NCBI GenBank assembly: GCA_000708835.1
Contig: DF237117.1
Coordinates: 1 to 64,000 of the forward strand
DNA length: 64,000 nt
Origin: Klebsormidium nitens
Lineage: Eukaryota > Plantae > Klebsormidiophyceae
Direction of reading: 5' to 3'
The notes under the pieces were generated by a model, which was not told the DNA's origin, searched no databases, and was given only the letters and a program-made list of their open reading frames with translations. Shown in pieces: positions 62,801-64,000 of the stretch. Position 1 is the stretch's first letter; every line of letters starts with the position of its first letter. The translations under genes and the position numbers were made by a program.

Positions 62801-64000
62801 TCTTATAGTACAATAGACCGGTAGCTGTGAGCACTCACAACTTCAAGTCGCTCTACCGGGGGGTGGCCAAGCTGACGTCAGCTACGCCGAATCGCTGAGA
62901 ATCTCTGGGCCCTGCTCGCGCGCGCTTTACAGGCTCGCGGCCAATTACCATCAGACAATTTCACACCTCGTAGTGCACCGCCTCCGGAACCCGAAGTGAC
63001 TCCACCTACAGGAAGGTGTAAACGTGCACCAGTGTGTCGTCTCTCTTCGCTGTTATGATATGCTCTCGATGTAACTTTCTTAGCTCGAACGCTTTGGTCG
63101 AGCATTACTGCAAAATGCGCTTTCAGTTGACGCTCTCCCAAAAATGCGAAGCGTATATTTGGCACCATCAGGCCTTTAGCTCGTCGAATGGAGACGAAAT
63201 GTCGAGCTTGCAGTCTGGCCCTGTAATCTGGTTGTTGCCTGACGTCACCTTGAATGAAACTAGTTGAAGAAGGTCATCAAATTGAGTCTGCCGGGCTTAT
63301 CAAAGTCTCTGGCTTCTCTGCTTACAAACTCACTCATCGCAAACTCTCATCAATAATTGCTCTGGCACCAATCTTTGAACCAAGCGAACAATGATGAACT
63401 AGACACAGAACCAATTTCGACAGCTGGCTTCTCACAACTACTGTAAGTATTGATATTCTTCGGAAACGAAAAGATTCGAGGCGACATCAGTTGCTGAATG
63501 GCCCACTCTGATTGTCAAATTTCCAACATACTGCTTTACGTCTTATGTGTGAATCTGACTGGGAATGGGCTGCAGGAGAGGAATAACGGCATCGCTTATG
63601 ACATTGACTCAGTGCAATTCTGATACTTCAATGGCCAGCCGCTGTATTGTGGCACAGGAGGCTTCTGTGTTGCATTTTAATAAAATGTGCTGATTCGTTT
63701 CACCTTTGCACCAGTGCACTGGGCGGTAGTGCTCGATGCCCTGTGATCGGCCCAGTGAAATATGCTCAGTGTGCTCATCAGTCTAGCCACTGTACCCTAG
63801 CTAGCTTAACAGCAGCCTGGCCCATGGGCCGACACTTACTTCGTGTAGCTAGCAAATATGATCAAAGAAGTCTTGAGTAGTGAAGATTAGCGACCTGGTG
63901 TTGATGGTGTTGCGCGTTGCATAAAGCAGTAGGAACCCAGCAGTATTCTTCTACAAGCCTTCAAAGGCTTGAAAGATTCAGACTTCCCTAGTGTAATTGG

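Overview
Eukaryotic, intron-rich genomic DNA with two assembly gaps (12016-12514, 52797-53690). It is plant-lineage-like and probably from a streptophyte alga such as Klebsormidium; that assignment is inferred from gene content and intron style. The first 12 kb is one apparently intact DNA transposon (267-12002, perfect 16-bp TIRs, probable TA target duplication). It carries an 8-exon, ~1214-aa transposase whose core aligns motif by motif with RAG1/Transib but lacks all four Zn ligands. It also carries a convergently transcribed second gene ending in a ubiquitin-like domain, and a tRNA-like Pol III unit between the two genes. The rest holds ordinary host genes: SPX, an acyltransferase-3 gene (middle unresolved or decayed), CASP, AUG1/HAUS1, tRNA-Asp(GTC), plastid ABCB29 and a secreted Cys-rich, Pro/Thr-repeat protein. 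Recurrent oddities in the host genes are decayed tandem copies of splice junctions inside introns, three GC-AG introns, and a dense GTAC cluster upstream of SPX. All homology calls come from motifs recognised by eye and recalled reference sequences; no searches were run.
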